Sequence record: SRR31156797_1719
Strand: one strand, 5' to 3'
Length of the DNA stretch: 64,000 nucleotides
Shown piece by piece: positions 28,184-40,142 of the stretch (position 1 is the stretch's first letter; each line of letters begins with the position of its first letter). The notes beneath the pieces were generated by a model. It worked only from the letters and a program-made list of their open reading frames with translations, was not told the origin of the DNA and did no database searches. Both the position numbers and the translations under genes were made by a program.

Positions 28184-29605
28184 TTACGGCTCGATTTTAC
28201 TATACAAATCGAGGGCTCTTTTTCTGGCTTCGTTGTGATCAACTATAGGCAACGGATAGTTGGTGCCTAAAACTACCTTTAGGTCGGCTTGTTCTTCGTC
28301 AGTCATCAGGTAAGGTTCGTGGATGAATTTTAGCGGCAACTGGGCGAGTTCGGGAACAAATTGTTTGATAAACGTCCCCTCTTTGTCGAATTTTTTCCCC
28401 TGAGTGATGGGGTTGAAAATTCGAAAGTAAGGAACGGCATCGGTGCCGGTCGAAGCTGCCCACTGCCAGCCGCCGATATTGCTGGCAGCGTCGTAGTCGA
28501 TCAATTGTCGAGCAAAATAGGCTTCTCCTTGCCGCCAATCGATCAATAGATCTTTGGTTAGAAAGGAAGCGACGATCATCCGTAGACGGTTATGCATCCA
28601 ACCGGTTTGATTCAGCTGCCGCATCGCGGCATCAATAATCGGATAGCCGGTTTGTCCTGCTTGCCATTTGTTAAAGGCCTCTTCATCCTTTTGCCAATCC
28701 ATGTTTCGATATTTCTCAATGAGTTCATAGTTTTTTTGCTCCGGATGAGTGAAGTAGATCATATGATAAAAATCTCGCCAAGCCAGTTCTTTTAAAAAGG
28801 TCGCTTTGCCAGTGCTGGGTGGCATTCCTTGGCAAGCGGCCCAAACCTTCCGAATAGAGATTTGTCCAAAAGACAAGAAAGGGGACAGGCGGCTGGTTCC
28901 TTTGATTGAAGGGAGATCTCGGTCTTTTTCATAGGCAGCCAAACGCTTTTGCACAAAGGCCTGCAATTGTTTATGCGCATAGTCTTCCCCAACGATCGTT
29001 GAAAAATCGGTCTTTCTATTGTTTAGCACCTCAGCAAGCAGCGCTGTCCCTGCTTTGAAGTGAGGTGCATCATTAAAATGAGCGGCTTTTTCAAAATCAA
29101 GGGCCTGCTTTTGATACACCGGTTTGGGCAGTTGGATCCATTTCTTATAATAGGGCGTAAATTTTTTGTAATACGTCCCGTCCTCTTTGGTGACTTCCGT
29201 TGGTTGGTGTAGATGATGTTCTTCAAAGGAATGGACAGTGACGCCTTTTTTCTCGACCAATTCTTTTATGTAGAGGTCGCGTTTACGACCATATCCACGG
29301 TTATCAAAGTTGAAGTAAAGCTGGCTCCATTCTGGATAGCAAGCGAACAACTGATCAAAGGCTTCTGTCAACGTTCCCGTCAAGAGGTGGATCGTCAGAT
29401 TTTGCTTTTTGGCAGCCTCGATAAAGTGAGCAACCGCGCTAAAAAAGTAATCATGGCTTGGTGCATCGGGGAGAAACTGCTTTTCATTGAGATGAAACAC
29501 ACACAACAATTGGTCGTTTGCTTGAAGAGACAAAAGCGCCTCAGTAAGCGCCGTATTGTCCTCTAAGCGCAGATCCTTTCTAAACCACATCACATGAATT
29601 GCCAT
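28184..29605 (-). CDS. phrB: Deoxyribodipyrimidine photolyase (class I CPD)
   Basis: WFRKDLRLEDN, TSRLSPFL.FGQIS, ELAWRDFY, GQTGYPIIDAAMRQL..TGWMHNRLRM, N.GGWQW; start ATG 29605 with AAGGAGG. Confidence 0.93.
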   Translation of the reverse strand: MAIHVMWFRKDLRLEDNTALTEALLSLQANDQLLCVFHLNEKQFLPDAPSHDYFFSAVAHFIEAAKKQNLTIHLLTGTLTEAFDQLFACYPEWSQLYFNFDNRGYGRKRDLYIKELVEKKGVTVHSFEEHHLHQPTEVTKEDGTYYKKFTPYYKKWIQLPKPVYQKQALDFEKAAHFNDAPHFKAGTALLAEVLNNRKTDFSTIVGEDYAHKQLQAFVQKRLAAYEKDRDLPSIKGTSRLSPFLSFGQISIRKVWAACQGMPPSTGKATFLKELAWRDFYHMIYFTHPEQKNYELIEKYRNMDWQKDEEAFNKWQAGQTGYPIIDAAMRQLNQTGWMHNRLRMIVASFLTKDLLIDWRQGEAYFARQLIDYDAASNIGGWQWAASTGTDAVPYFRIFNPITQGKKFDKEGTFIKQFVPELAQLPLKFIHEPYLMTDEEQADLKVVLGTNYPLPIVDHNEARKRALDLYSKIEP

Positions 29606-29958
29606 ACAAACCTCCTTGATGGTATAACCGTACAAAAAAACGATCGAATTTCGTTTATAGTAATGGAAAGATGGGATTTATTCAAATTTGGCGATTGCGT
29701 AAAGAAAATTGCTGTTGCAACAAGTCGAGGGATGCTTACAGGGTTTGTTTTAATTGGTGCACCGATTTGAATAGGCGCTTGTCATTTACCGTTTCGTTTC
29801 TACAAATCGTCTCTTCTTAATAAATAATAGGTAAAAAATGAGTAGTAGGGGATGAAATGAGTTACATTTGCGTAACGAGAACGTATATAATCATAGTATA
29901 TAGTGAGGCTTTTTACTTTAGCGTTTATTAATAAGCGCATATTTGGATGGAGTGAAGG

Positions 29959-31488
29959 ATGATCAAAAACAAATTACAGCAATACAAAATTTTAACGCTT
30001 TTACTGATACTTGTGACGGTTGGATTAATTCTCTTTTTAAATCAGATGATTTATGCTTGGCAGGCCATTGAAATTTTGGCGATTCTTCTTTGTGGCTACT
30101 TAGTGGTTTTTGATCAAAGGGATGGAACTTCGAAGATTGCTTGGATCTTAGCTTTATTGTTTTTACCGATTGTAGGAGTCATGTTGTATTATTTAATTGG
30201 TCGTGAACCTCGATTAAGGAAGTTGCCCAAACAGCAGATACAAAATGAACGGGAAGTGCAGCGAACGGTTTCGGCTATTTTGCAAGAACATTCAGAGGTC
30301 ATTCATGGGAAACATGATCTCTCCACTGAGATTTTTCATCTTTCAGGCAAATATCCCACAATCAATAATCATCTGACTGTATTAAATGAAGGCGCTGAGG
30401 CGTTCGCTTCTTTGCTAGAAGATATCAAGAAAGCCAAGCATCATGTGCATGTGTTTTTTTATATCGTTAAAGGGGATGAAACAGGGGAGGAGCTGACAAA
30501 TGTTCTGGTCGAAAAGGCCAAACAAGGGGTGGAAGTTCGGTTTATGTACGATAGCGTGGGGTCGATCGCCTTTCCTAATCAATTATTATTATTGATGCGA
30601 AAGAATGGGGTAGAGGTACGCACGTATGATTTGTTGAACTCGCCTTGGCTAAGTAATAAAGCGAACTGGCGCAATCACCGTAAAATGGTCGTTATTGATG
30701 GTGAGATTGCACATACAGGAGGCATGAATATTGGAAATGAATATAGTGGGCGAGGCAGTAAGTTTTCTTATTGGCGAGACACAAACATCCGGATAGAAGG
30801 ACCTGCTGTTCTAGAAGTACAAGAGTGCTTTATTTATGATTGGCTCTTTCTTGATGAAACGGAAGAAACGGTCACTCATTTTTTGACACAGACAGCTACG
30901 TATTTTCCGTTGAAGACCGACGTTCAAAGCGGTTCGGAAATCGTTCAGGTAATCTACGGTGGACCCTATGATAGCGAGCGAATCATTAAGGATTCCTTTA
31001 ATGACCTCATTGGAAAGGCAACGGATTCGATTAAGATCGCAATGCCTTACTTTATTCCTGATGAAGAAAGTTTAGGTGCGCTTAGAAGAGCAGCACGGTG
31101 TGGGATCAACGTGCAATTGATTGTGCCGGGAAAAGGGGATCGAGGAATTTCTTTTCATGGCACGAATTCGTTTATTGATGAATTATTATCTGCCGGCGTC
31201 GAAGTCTACACCTATGATGAGACTGCTTTTATTCACTGTAAATATATGATCGTCGATGAGTTTGCTGCAACGATCGGGTCAACAAATTTTGATATTCGTA
31301 GTTTTTACCTTAACCATGAGTTATCTATGTTCATCTATGGGCCGTCGAAAATAATCACAGAGTTAAATCAGCAATTTATGGAAGACTTAGCTCATGCAAA
31401 ATTAGTAGAAAAAGAAGAATGGCAAGCCAGAAGCCTTTTGACGAAAACAAAAGAAAAAATCAGTGGCTTGTTTGTTCCGATTCTTTGA
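29959..31488 (+). CDS. cls: Cardiolipin synthase
   Basis: Two HKD motifs (RNHRKMVVIDG; IHCKYMIVD), N-terminal TM helices, GSTNFDIRS. Confidence 0.92.
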   Translation: MIKNKLQQYKILTLLLILVTVGLILFLNQMIYAWQAIEILAILLCGYLVVFDQRDGTSKIAWILALLFLPIVGVMLYYLIGREPRLRKLPKQQIQNEREVQRTVSAILQEHSEVIHGKHDLSTEIFHLSGKYPTINNHLTVLNEGAEAFASLLEDIKKAKHHVHVFFYIVKGDETGEELTNVLVEKAKQGVEVRFMYDSVGSIAFPNQLLLLMRKNGVEVRTYDLLNSPWLSNKANWRNHRKMVVIDGEIAHTGGMNIGNEYSGRGSKFSYWRDTNIRIEGPAVLEVQECFIYDWLFLDETEETVTHFLTQTATYFPLKTDVQSGSEIVQVIYGGPYDSERIIKDSFNDLIGKATDSIKIAMPYFIPDEESLGALRRAARCGINVQLIVPGKGDRGISFHGTNSFIDELLSAGVEVYTYDETAFIHCKYMIVDEFAATIGSTNFDIRSFYLNHELSMFIYGPSKIITELNQQFMEDLAHAKLVEKEEWQARSLLTKTKEKISGLFVPIL

Positions 31489-31507
31489 AGGAAGATAGTG
31501 AACAGAG

Positions 31508-31546
31508 AAAAAAACTCGATTCCATCATCTGGAATCGAGTTTTTTT
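31508..31546. terminator. Bidirectional terminator
   Basis: AAAAAAACTCGATTCCA...TGGAATCGAGTTTTTTT between convergent genes. Confidence 0.8.
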
Positions 31547-31549
31547 GCG

Positions 31550-32023
31550 TCATTTTCTACTAGCAGCTCGAAAATAATTGATCCCGGTTCCCGCAAATAC
31601 TACGAAACTAGCCAATAGGAACAAAAATCCTACGGGGATTAGATAGAAATTTTCATGTAAAATGCCGGATTGATCGATGTATTCCACGGAGCTTGCTTTG
31701 ATGAAGAAGCAGGCAAAGCCGAATAGTAGTAAAAATGTTCCGATCAAGGTCGTGATCAAATTGAGTTTGGCGCGTCGAGTCTCGCTGCCGTCTTTGATTA
31801 GTTTTTCAGTGATCTTGTTCACTTGAGTTCCTCCTAAAATCAATTCATCAAGCGAGAGTTGAAAAATCGTGGCGATGGCAATCAACATTTCTAAATCTGG
31901 TAGATTGCGATTGTTTTCCCAGTTCGAAACGGCTTGTCTTGTCACGTGTAGTTGAGTAGCAAATTGTTCTTGGGTCAAGTTATTTCTTGTGCGTACTTCT
32001 TTGATTTTTTCGCCAAATTCCAT
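31550..32023 (-). CDS. XRE-family HTH regulator with C-terminal membrane (DUF3955-like) domain
   Basis: LTQEQFA..LHVTRQAVSNWEN.RNLPD; EYIDQSGILHENFYLIP. Confidence 0.85.
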   Translation of the reverse strand: MEFGEKIKEVRTRNNLTQEQFATQLHVTRQAVSNWENNRNLPDLEMLIAIATIFQLSLDELILGGTQVNKITEKLIKDGSETRRAKLNLITTLIGTFLLLFGFACFFIKASSVEYIDQSGILHENFYLIPVGFLFLLASFVVFAGTGINYFRAASRK

Positions 32024-32386
32024 CTTTTTTTCCTTTCGCTGATGTGACTTAAGCATAGTCGAAACCCGCGTTGTTTCCAAGAAAGCAGGGCTTGCTTCTT
32101 GATAAATCAAGGGAAAGTGGTGCTTGCGTCGTTTTTTATCTGCTGTTTTTTTGAGAGGAGCATCGTTTTCATTCTGAGGTCGTGAAAAACGTCTGTGACA
32201 AAGTGACCTTGAAGCATGTTATTTTTACTGCATATCATTTTGTTTATTATAGCACTGAGGCTAAGGGGAAGGAAATATGTGGCTCGTTTTTTCTCTTGCT
32301 TGATTGGTACATGTCCGATACATGACAGTTTATCGAGTGGGGAGCAACGCAACAGCAAGTTTCTTTTCTTAAAGAAAATCACTTAG

Positions 32387-32432
32387 TTGACAAATAGGGA
32401 AACATCTTGTTTAATATACCCCGAGGGGTATA
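32387..32432 (+). promoter_or_regulatory. Promoter with CstR/CsoR-type operator
   Basis: TTGACA-17-TTTAAT; palindrome TATACCCC-GA-GGGGTATA at 32415-32432, typical of CsoR/CstR family sites. Confidence 0.8.
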
Positions 32433-32447
32433 AGAAAGGAGCAAGAA

Positions 32448-32762
32448 ATGTTTTCATTATTTAAACGCATACCAAGTATGTCAACAGCAGATTTACAAAA
32501 AGAAGGAGCCAAAGAATGGACGGTTCTGGATGTTCGCACGCCGGCGGAGTACCGTAGCGGGCACATTGCCTACGCCAAAAATGTACCGTTAAACAAGATT
32601 GCGGGCTTCACTAAAAAAGGTGACAAGAAACTGGCAGTCATTTGCCAATCAGGGATGCGAAGCAAACAAGCAGCCAAAATCCTAAATAAAAAGGGGTTTG
32701 ATGTGGTCAATGTTCGCGGTGGCATGAATCAATGGCGGGGAACAACCAAAGGAGGAAAGTAA
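32448..32762 (+). CDS. Rhodanese-like sulfurtransferase
   Basis: LDVRTPAEY..GHI..A.N.PL, ICQSGMRS, GGMNQW. Confidence 0.9.
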   Translation: MFSLFKRIPSMSTADLQKEGAKEWTVLDVRTPAEYRSGHIAYAKNVPLNKIAGFTKKGDKKLAVICQSGMRSKQAAKILNKKGFDVVNVRGGMNQWRGTTKGGK

Positions 32763-32764
32763 CG

Positions 32765-34423
32765 ATGGAAAAAATAGTTATTGTCGGTGGGGTAGCAGGA
32801 GGAATGTCTGCAGCAACGCGCTTACGTCGGCTTAAAGAAGTAGCGGAGATCATTATTTTTGAAAAAGGTCCTTTTGTCTCTTTTGCGAATTGTGGACTGC
32901 CGTATGCCATTTCTGGTGAGATCGAAGAGCGAGACGCCTTATTGGTCCAAACACCTGAGGCATTAAAAAAACGGTTTAACCTAGATGTGCGGCCTCTTCA
33001 TGAAGTGCTGGCGATCGATCCGGAGGAGAAAACGGTCACGGTCAAACATGGCGAACAGGTCTTCACGGAATCTTATGATGCGTTGATTTTATCACCGGGG
33101 GCAAAACCGCTAGTACCAGCGATCAAAGGGCTAGAAGAAGCAACCAACGCCTTTTCTTTGCGCAATGTTCCTGACTTAGACCAAATCATGACACATCTTG
33201 AAGACAAAAAGCCTCAAAAAGCGACGATCATTGGCGCTGGGTTTATTGGGTTAGAAGTCGCTGAAAATTTACATAAAAAAGGCCTACAAGTAACGATCGT
33301 GGAAAAAGCACCCCACGTATTGCCACCTTTGGATGAAGAAATGGCGGTGTATGTCAAAAATGAATTGATCAAGCAAGGGGTCAATGTTTTGACCTCGCAG
33401 TCAGCGACCGCTTTTGAAAAAGCAGGGCAAGAAATCGTTCTGGAGGATGGAACGGTTCTGGCTTCAGACATCACGATTCTTTCGGTGGGTGTCCAACCAG
33501 AAACGGATTTGGCGAAACGTGCTGGTATCCAATTAGGACACCGGGGGGGTATCCTGGTAGATGAGCAATACCAAACCAGCAAGAAAGACATTTACGCGGT
33601 GGGAGATGCCATCGTTGTGAAACAACAAATCACTAACGAAGACACGCTGATCTCCTTGGCGTCACCAGCCAATCGCCAAGGTCGGCAAGTGGCTGATGTA
33701 TTGGGAGGACTGACTCGCAAAAACAAAGGCAGTATTGGGACGGCGATCGTGCGCGTATTCGATCTTGCCGCAGCGTCCACTGGGTTGAGTGAGCGCAGTG
33801 CCAAACTGGCGGGGCTAAATCCTCAGGTGGTTCATCTTTCAGGCAAAGACCATGCTGGGTATTATCCTGATGCGACGGATATTTATTTGAAGCTGATTTT
33901 TGATGCTGACACTGGAAACATCTATGGTGCGCAAGGCATCGGTGCCAAAGGGGTCGATAAACGGATCGATATTTTGGCAACAGCGATCAAAGGCGGCTTA
34001 ACGATCTTTGACTTGCCTGAACTGGAATTCACCTACGCGCCGCCTTTTGGCTCAGCGAAAGATCCAGTGAATATGATTGGCTATGCAGCGATCAATCTGG
34101 CAGAAGGAATCAGTGAGAATATCCAATGGCACGAATTGACGGAGGCCTTAGAAAACGGTAAGCAGTTGTTGGATGTTCGTTCAGAGATGGAATTAGCCAA
34201 TAATGGGCGTTTTCAAGAGGCGCTCCACATTCCGTTAGATGAATTGAGAGATCGGTTGTCTGAATTGGATCCAAGTGTTTCGTATGTTGTTACGTGTCAT
34301 AGCGGATTGAGAAGCTACATTGCCGAACGCATCTTAAAACAAGCGGGCATCAATTGTCAAAACCTCGATGGTGCCTTTTCGTTGTATAATACTATTAAGC
34401 CGGAGATGATTATTCATGATTAA
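32765..34423 (+). CDS. CoA-disulfide/persulfide reductase with C-terminal rhodanese domain
   Basis: GGVAGGMSAA, SFANCGLPY, GAGFIGLE, YAPPF, C-terminal CHSGLRSY. Confidence 0.92.
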   Translation: MEKIVIVGGVAGGMSAATRLRRLKEVAEIIIFEKGPFVSFANCGLPYAISGEIEERDALLVQTPEALKKRFNLDVRPLHEVLAIDPEEKTVTVKHGEQVFTESYDALILSPGAKPLVPAIKGLEEATNAFSLRNVPDLDQIMTHLEDKKPQKATIIGAGFIGLEVAENLHKKGLQVTIVEKAPHVLPPLDEEMAVYVKNELIKQGVNVLTSQSATAFEKAGQEIVLEDGTVLASDITILSVGVQPETDLAKRAGIQLGHRGGILVDEQYQTSKKDIYAVGDAIVVKQQITNEDTLISLASPANRQGRQVADVLGGLTRKNKGSIGTAIVRVFDLAAASTGLSERSAKLAGLNPQVVHLSGKDHAGYYPDATDIYLKLIFDADTGNIYGAQGIGAKGVDKRIDILATAIKGGLTIFDLPELEFTYAPPFGSAKDPVNMIGYAAINLAEGISENIQWHELTEALENGKQLLDVRSEMELANNGRFQEALHIPLDELRDRLSELDPSVSYVVTCHSGLRSYIAERILKQAGINCQNLDGAFSLYNTIKPEMIIHD

Positions 34424-34715
34424 AGCCATATCTATGGAGGAATTTACCCAAAAAGAAAAACGTGAGGCGCTTGAGATCCTTGATGTCAGAGAAGTTGATG
34501 AGTTTGCACAAGGACACATCAAAACAGCACAAAACCTACCGTTGAGCGAGCTTACGGAACAAATCAGCAACTTAAAGAAGGATAAAAATTACTATGTCAT
34601 CTGTCATTCAGGGGCTCGTTCGCAAATGGCGTCTGAGTTTTTGAACCAGCAAGGGTTTCAAGTGACCAATGTCCTCGGCGGCATGTCAGCATGGAGAGGA
34701 GAAATCAAACGATGA
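34416..34715 (+). CDS. Rhodanese-like sulfurtransferase
   Basis: LDVRE..EF..GHI, ICHSGARS, GGMSAW. Confidence 0.9.
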   Translation: MIKAISMEEFTQKEKREALEILDVREVDEFAQGHIKTAQNLPLSELTEQISNLKKDKNYYVICHSGARSQMASEFLNQQGFQVTNVLGGMSAWRGEIKR

Positions 34716-34972
34716 CCGCATGCAACAAAGATATTTTGAATCGGTTAAAACGAACCGAAGGCCAGTTGCGGGGGATTCAAAAAATGATCGAAGACGAGAA
34801 AGAATGCGTCGATGTCATCACGCAATTGTCCGCCGTCAGTTCCAGCGTCAACCGTATTATGGGGATCATTGTCGCTGAGAATTTGAAAAATTGTTTGGAA
34901 AATCCAGACAGCGACACGGAAACCCAAAAGCAGAAAATCGATCAAGCCGTTCAGCTGATCGTGAAGAAATAG
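34712..34972 (+). CDS. cstR: CsoR/CstR family persulfide-sensing repressor
   Basis: NRLKRTEGQLRGIQKM, C.DVITQLSAV, ENLKNC; located in a rhodanese/CoA-reductase operon. Confidence 0.8.
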   Translation: MTACNKDILNRLKRTEGQLRGIQKMIEDEKECVDVITQLSAVSSSVNRIMGIIVAENLKNCLENPDSDTETQKQKIDQAVQLIVKK

Positions 34973-35100
34973 CGGGATTTTTGACAGTGTTACGACTTAG
35001 TTTTGTTTGAAAGAGTCTGTTTGTCATCTAGATGTAAGATTCGAAGCTGACCGCAAAAGAAGGGAAATACCTATTTTGCGGTTTTTTGTACATAAAAAAA

Positions 35101-35132
35101 TGATTGCGTTTTCTTTTTTTGGATGCTATGAT
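35101..35132 (+). promoter_or_regulatory. Promoter with overlapping cre-like site
   Basis: TTGCGT-17-TATGAT with extended TG; TGATTGCGTTTTCT cre-like box over the -35. Confidence 0.55.
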
Positions 35133-35163
35133 TAATTTAAGAAATAAATAGTGATTTTTTTTA

Positions 35164-35248
35164 TGTGTATGTGACTGTACGGCAGGCAAGGCATAATAAA
35201 ATCAATTTTGCGAAGGTTCGCAGATTTGATTTTATTATGCCTTTTTTT
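35164..35248 (+). promoter_or_regulatory. RAT antiterminator overlapping a leader terminator
   Basis: GTATGTGACTGTACGGCAGGCAAGGC resembles the RAT consensus and overlaps the AGGCATAATAAAATC...GATTTTATTATGCCT-T7 terminator. Confidence 0.85.
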
Positions 35249-35278
35249 ACGCTCAGAAAGGAGGAAGGAGAAGAATAC

Positions 35279-36121
35279 ATGTATTTGATTAAGAAGGTTT
35301 TGAATGTAAACGTTATTATTGTTGAGAAAGACAACAAAGATGTTATTGCTTTTGGCAAGGGTATCGGTTATCAGCAAAAGAAAGGTCAATTGATTTCGGA
35401 AGAGAAAATCTCTAAATTTTATCTTCCGATTGAAGATAATCGAATGGAGTCCTTGATCACTTTTATGAACAATGTACCTGTAAAGTATATCGAGCTAGCG
35501 TATGAAGTCATCCAAGAAGCGGAGAAATATCTAGATACGGAGTTATCTGCTAATACACTCTTTTCACTGACCGATCATATTTATTTTACTGTCGAGAGGA
35601 TCAGAGACAATGTCATTATGACTTCTTCAATGTATTGGGAGTTCAAACGATTTTATCCTGAAGAATTTCAGGCTGCTCAAAAAGGTGTTGCCATTATTGA
35701 AAAAGCACTTGGTGTTTCTTTGAATGAACAAGAAGCAGCGAACATTACTTTCCATATCATTAACGGAAATAGTCGCTCAGCAATTCATGCCAATGCTATC
35801 CAAATCACAAAAATCGTGACAAATATTTTAAAGTCTGTACAAATGTTGGTGAAGAAAAAATTGGATAGCCACAGTCTGCACTATGAGCGTCTGGTTACAC
35901 ATGCCAAATTTTTTGCAGAACGCTATTTAACGAACACGATGTTAAACAATGATGCAGTTTTAATAAAGACAGTCTCTACGCTGTATCAAGAACCGATGGC
36001 CTATAGTCAGCGAATAAAACGGACTTTAGAAGAAATCTATGAGAAACCAATCACTGAAGAAGAAATTGCATATTTAGCTATTCATATTAATAGACTATTA
36101 CTATCACAAAATGAGGAGTGA
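35279..36121 (+). CDS. BglG/LicT family transcriptional antiterminator
   Basis: KKVLNVN, GKGIGY (CAT domain), LTDHI and IAYLAIHI PRD histidines; start ATG 35279. Confidence 0.92.
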   Translation: MYLIKKVLNVNVIIVEKDNKDVIAFGKGIGYQQKKGQLISEEKISKFYLPIEDNRMESLITFMNNVPVKYIELAYEVIQEAEKYLDTELSANTLFSLTDHIYFTVERIRDNVIMTSSMYWEFKRFYPEEFQAAQKGVAIIEKALGVSLNEQEAANITFHIINGNSRSAIHANAIQITKIVTNILKSVQMLVKKKLDSHSLHYERLVTHAKFFAERYLTNTMLNNDAVLIKTVSTLYQEPMAYSQRIKRTLEEIYEKPITEEEIAYLAIHINRLLLSQNEE

Positions 36122-36126
36122 ACCAA

Positions 36127-37995
36127 ATGGTTGATAAAAAGAAAGAATCAGTAGACAAAATCATTCAATCGATTGGTGGAGAGAAAAATATTAACGCGGT
36201 CTATCATTGTGCAACTCGCCTTCGCTTCCAGTTAAAAGATACCACGCAATTCAATCAAGCACAGGCGAAGGAAATTCCAGGAGTACTAGGGACCAAATTG
36301 ACTGGAGATGAAGTACAATTTGTGATTGGCGGAGAAGTAGGAAATTACTATTCGACTGTAATCAATCAGTATAAAATCACGGAAAAAAACAGTGATGAAG
36401 CTGCAGATACACCTAAAAACGGACTTGTGAAACGAATCGTCGAAAACATTGTTGGTGTAATGGCGCCAATCATTACAGCATTGATCGGATTTGGTTTAAT
36501 TCGGGCGGTTTTAGCTTTACTGGTCCTTTTGGGATTGAGTAGAGAAAGTTTAAATTATCAAATCATCAATATGATTGGAGACGCCGCCTTTTACTTTTTG
36601 CCTTTTTTAATTGCGGCCAGTGCGGCACGGCAATTTAAAACCAATCTTTATTTAGCATTGGGGATCACAGGTGTCTTATTACATCCAACATTTCAGAGTC
36701 TGGTTGCCTCGGATGTTTCTATGCAGCTGTTTGGGCTTCCGATACGTGAAGCCGCTTATTCAGGAACGGTTATCCCAATCATCTTGATCGTCTGGGTTAT
36801 GAGTTATGTTGATCGTTTATCTGAAAAGATCATTCCAAGTGTTTTAAAAACCATGTTGAAGCCGCTTTTTATCGTGATCATCATGGCTCCGCTCGCACTG
36901 ATGATCTTAGGACCCATCGGCGCGATTTTTGGAGATGGATTGTTCTTTGTTGTGGATTATCTGCGAGTGACTGTTCCATGGCTCGTGCCGACACTGATGG
37001 GCATCTTCACGCCTTTATTAGTAATGGTTGGTATGCACACGGCTTTGACTCCGATTGCGCAAGTCTCCTTTTCAACCGTAGGCTTTGAAATCGTCCAAGG
37101 ACCAGGTATGTTAGCAAGCAACATTTCGCAAGCGGGTGCCGCCTTTGGGGTATTTGTTAAAACCAAAGACAAACAGATGAAACAAATTGCTTTTTCCAGC
37201 GGCATCACGGCGCTGTCTGGTATCACGGAACCTGCGCTGTACGGGGTTAACTTGAAACTGAAAAAACCACTGATTTATGTGATGATCTCAGGTGGAATTG
37301 CTGGTTTTTATGCGGGTATCAGCGGACTAGTCCGCTATTCATTCGGATCGCCAGGGCTTTTGACCTTGCCGGTATTTTTCGGAGAGGATGCCTCTAATAT
37401 TGTAAAAGCAGCCATAACATTGGCGTTAGCTTTTTCGATATCATTTGTTTTGACAGTCATTTTTGGTTTTGAAGAGAGTATTGAAGAAGATATGAAAAAG
37501 TTGGAGAAGCCTTCACCGATTGTTTTAGAAAAACGGACAGCGGCTGAAGAAGCATTGATTCAAGGCTTTGTCCGCGGCAGCGTTTTGCCGTTGAGTGAAG
37601 TAGCTGATGAGGTTTTTGCCACCGAACAAATGGGTCCAGGGCTAGCGATCGATCCTGTGTCGGGAGAATTCCATTCACCGATTGAAGGCACGATAACAAC
37701 TGTCTTTCCAACAAAACATGCCATCGGGTTGCGGCATGATAATGGATTAGAAATGTTACTGCATATTGGATTAGATACAGTGAAACTGGATGGAGAGGGA
37801 TTTGAACTTTTTATTGAGGAAGGTCAGCGAGTAAAGGCGGGTGATTTGCTAGCCCGTGTTGATATTGATTTTATCAAGTCTAAAGGCTACGATCCAACTT
37901 CTGTTTTGATTTTTATGAACAATCAGAATGAACCGGTATTTTTTGAGCACGATGAATTGATTGATTACTCGAATAAATTAGTAACAATTATTTAG
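36127..37995 (+). CDS. PTS beta-glucoside transporter EIIBCA
   Basis: HCATRLRF (EIIB), GITEPALYG (EIIC), TKHAIG...LLHIGLDTV (EIIA). Confidence 0.93.
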   Translation: MVDKKKESVDKIIQSIGGEKNINAVYHCATRLRFQLKDTTQFNQAQAKEIPGVLGTKLTGDEVQFVIGGEVGNYYSTVINQYKITEKNSDEAADTPKNGLVKRIVENIVGVMAPIITALIGFGLIRAVLALLVLLGLSRESLNYQIINMIGDAAFYFLPFLIAASAARQFKTNLYLALGITGVLLHPTFQSLVASDVSMQLFGLPIREAAYSGTVIPIILIVWVMSYVDRLSEKIIPSVLKTMLKPLFIVIIMAPLALMILGPIGAIFGDGLFFVVDYLRVTVPWLVPTLMGIFTPLLVMVGMHTALTPIAQVSFSTVGFEIVQGPGMLASNISQAGAAFGVFVKTKDKQMKQIAFSSGITALSGITEPALYGVNLKLKKPLIYVMISGGIAGFYAGISGLVRYSFGSPGLLTLPVFFGEDASNIVKAAITLALAFSISFVLTVIFGFEESIEEDMKKLEKPSPIVLEKRTAAEEALIQGFVRGSVLPLSEVADEVFATEQMGPGLAIDPVSGEFHSPIEGTITTVFPTKHAIGLRHDNGLEMLLHIGLDTVKLDGEGFELFIEEGQRVKAGDLLARVDIDFIKSKGYDPTSVLIFMNNQNEPVFFEHDELIDYSNKLVTII

Positions 37996-39480
<1,485 letters not shown>

Positions 39481-39507
39481 GATAATCGAAAATTCATTTT
39501 TTTACAG

Positions 39508-39541
39508 AAAAAGCGAAGGCCCAACTGGGCCTTCGCTTTTT
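39508..39541. terminator. Bidirectional terminator
   Basis: AAAAAGCGAAGGCCCA-AC-TGGGCCTTCGCTTTTT. Confidence 0.85.
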
Positions 39542-39572
39542 GTCACCCGGAATTGGATCGGGGAATGGGGGA

Positions 39573-39779
39573 TTAATTTTGGGTGACTTCTTCGTAAAAG
39601 ATAGCGTTGCGTTCTGCAATCAGTTGGGTTTCCCTTCGCTCTAATTCAAGAAAGGTTTCGTCTGCCAGCAATTCGGCAGCGGAGTAGCCGGCCGCCAAGA
39701 AGTTTTCTGCATAGGTCAATTTCTGATTCGTGATGTTTCTTCGTTGCTCGGCAATGACGAGCAGCTGTTTCACATTCAT
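39573..39779 (-). CDS. Small hypothetical protein
   Basis: 68 aa, GGAGTGAG RBS, helical/coiled-coil-like composition. Confidence 0.6.
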   Translation of the reverse strand: MNVKQLLVIAEQRRNITNQKLTYAENFLAAGYSAAELLADETFLELERRETQLIAERNAIFYEEVTQN

Positions 39780-40142
39780 ACACTCACTCCATTCTTATAT
39801 AAAAAGCAAGTACTAAAAGAGGACAGCTAATAATACTTGCAAGTCAACGGTGAAGGCGGGATATCAATCATGCTCGGCTATTCATAAATAAGAGAAATAC
39901 GGTAGGTTCGTTTCTGATTGGTCGTTTTATACGGAAGCTTTGTACTAAGTATAAAAAAATTTCCCCCGTAGTAACAGAACCTAGTCGTTTACATAAAGCA
40001 ACGATTGGTTTACATTACTCGGACAAGTGGGTGTTACAAGAAAAACAAGTAATTTTTCCTAGGGGAACGGCGGGATTTGACGACAAAAAAACCTGCGATC
40101 GCCTCAGGCGGATAGCAGGTTTCGCGGGCTAGTAGAAATAGC

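Noticed and set aside
29638-29656. AAACGA-N7-TCGTTT dyad upstream of photolyase as an SOS box
   Set aside because: Does not match the Firmicute LexA consensus CGAAC-N4-GTTCG
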